Positions 27,781 to 27,933 of a stretch of DNA of 27,933 nt are shown in pieces. Below the pieces are notes generated by a model that worked only from the letters and a program-made list of their open reading frames with translations, did not search any database and was not told the DNA's origin. The stretch's first letter is position 1. The number at the start of each line of letters is the position of its first letter. The stretch is from an uncultured archaeon (lineage in GTDB: Archaea; Asgardarchaeota; Lokiarchaeia; Sigyniarchaeales; SOKP01): assembly GCA_964525635.1 (NCBI GenBank), contig CAZGJX010000050.1:1-27933 (forward strand). Direction: 5' to 3'. The translations under genes and the position numbers were made by a program.

Positions 27781-27933
27781 TAGATTTCACCTACTTTTTT
27801 TATTTTATCCAATACAATAAATGATTTTGTTTTAGAAATTTTACGACTTTCACCTACAACTACCATATCACCCAGTTCAATTTCGTGTTCCAAACAATCA
27901 GGTAAATGGCATGCTAGTCGAGAATTTCTTCTT
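27780..27933 (-). CDS. rps17: 30S ribosomal protein uS17, 3' part (runs off the window)
   Basis: ..RRNSRLACHLPDC..GD.V.VGESRKISKTKSF..*; stop overlaps the rpl14 ATG (TAATG). Confidence 0.9.
   Translation of the reverse strand, partial: RRNSRLACHLPDCLEHEIELGDMVVVGESRKISKTKSFIVLDKIKKVGEI

Noticed and set aside
1-27933. CRISPR array or TnpA transposase associated with tnpB
   Set aside because: No regularly spaced repeats and no HUH/Y1 or serine-recombinase ORF seen in the window

Overview
AT-rich archaeal DNA, most consistent with an Asgard archaeon (Lokiarchaeia/Promethearchaeota-like). This assignment is an inference from a Vps28-like protein, a roadblock protein, archaeal/eukaryal-type Sec machinery and archaeal ribosomal proteins. 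Left part: a non-autonomous IS200/IS605 (IS1341-like) element encoding a TnpB with a rearranged, Fanzor-like RuvC active site, then an LRR/zinc-ribbon membrane protein, rpl34e, Vps28-like, Yip1-like and an operon (hypothetical, DUF62, Nudix-NMNAT fusion, rtcA). Middle: a ~280 bp protein-free mini-element carrying a second, covarying copy of the TnpB omegaRNA scaffold plus a left end; tRNA-Sec with SepSecS; a tRNA-Ile(UAU) split by three BHB-type introns; coiled-coil hypotheticals; a CoA Nudix hydrolase; selB; roadblock; thyX; cobO. Right part: the spc-type ribosomal protein cluster (uS17 partial to uL15), with no secY after it. Two conserved genes (rtcA, rps14) appear to use non-canonical ATA/ATT start codons.
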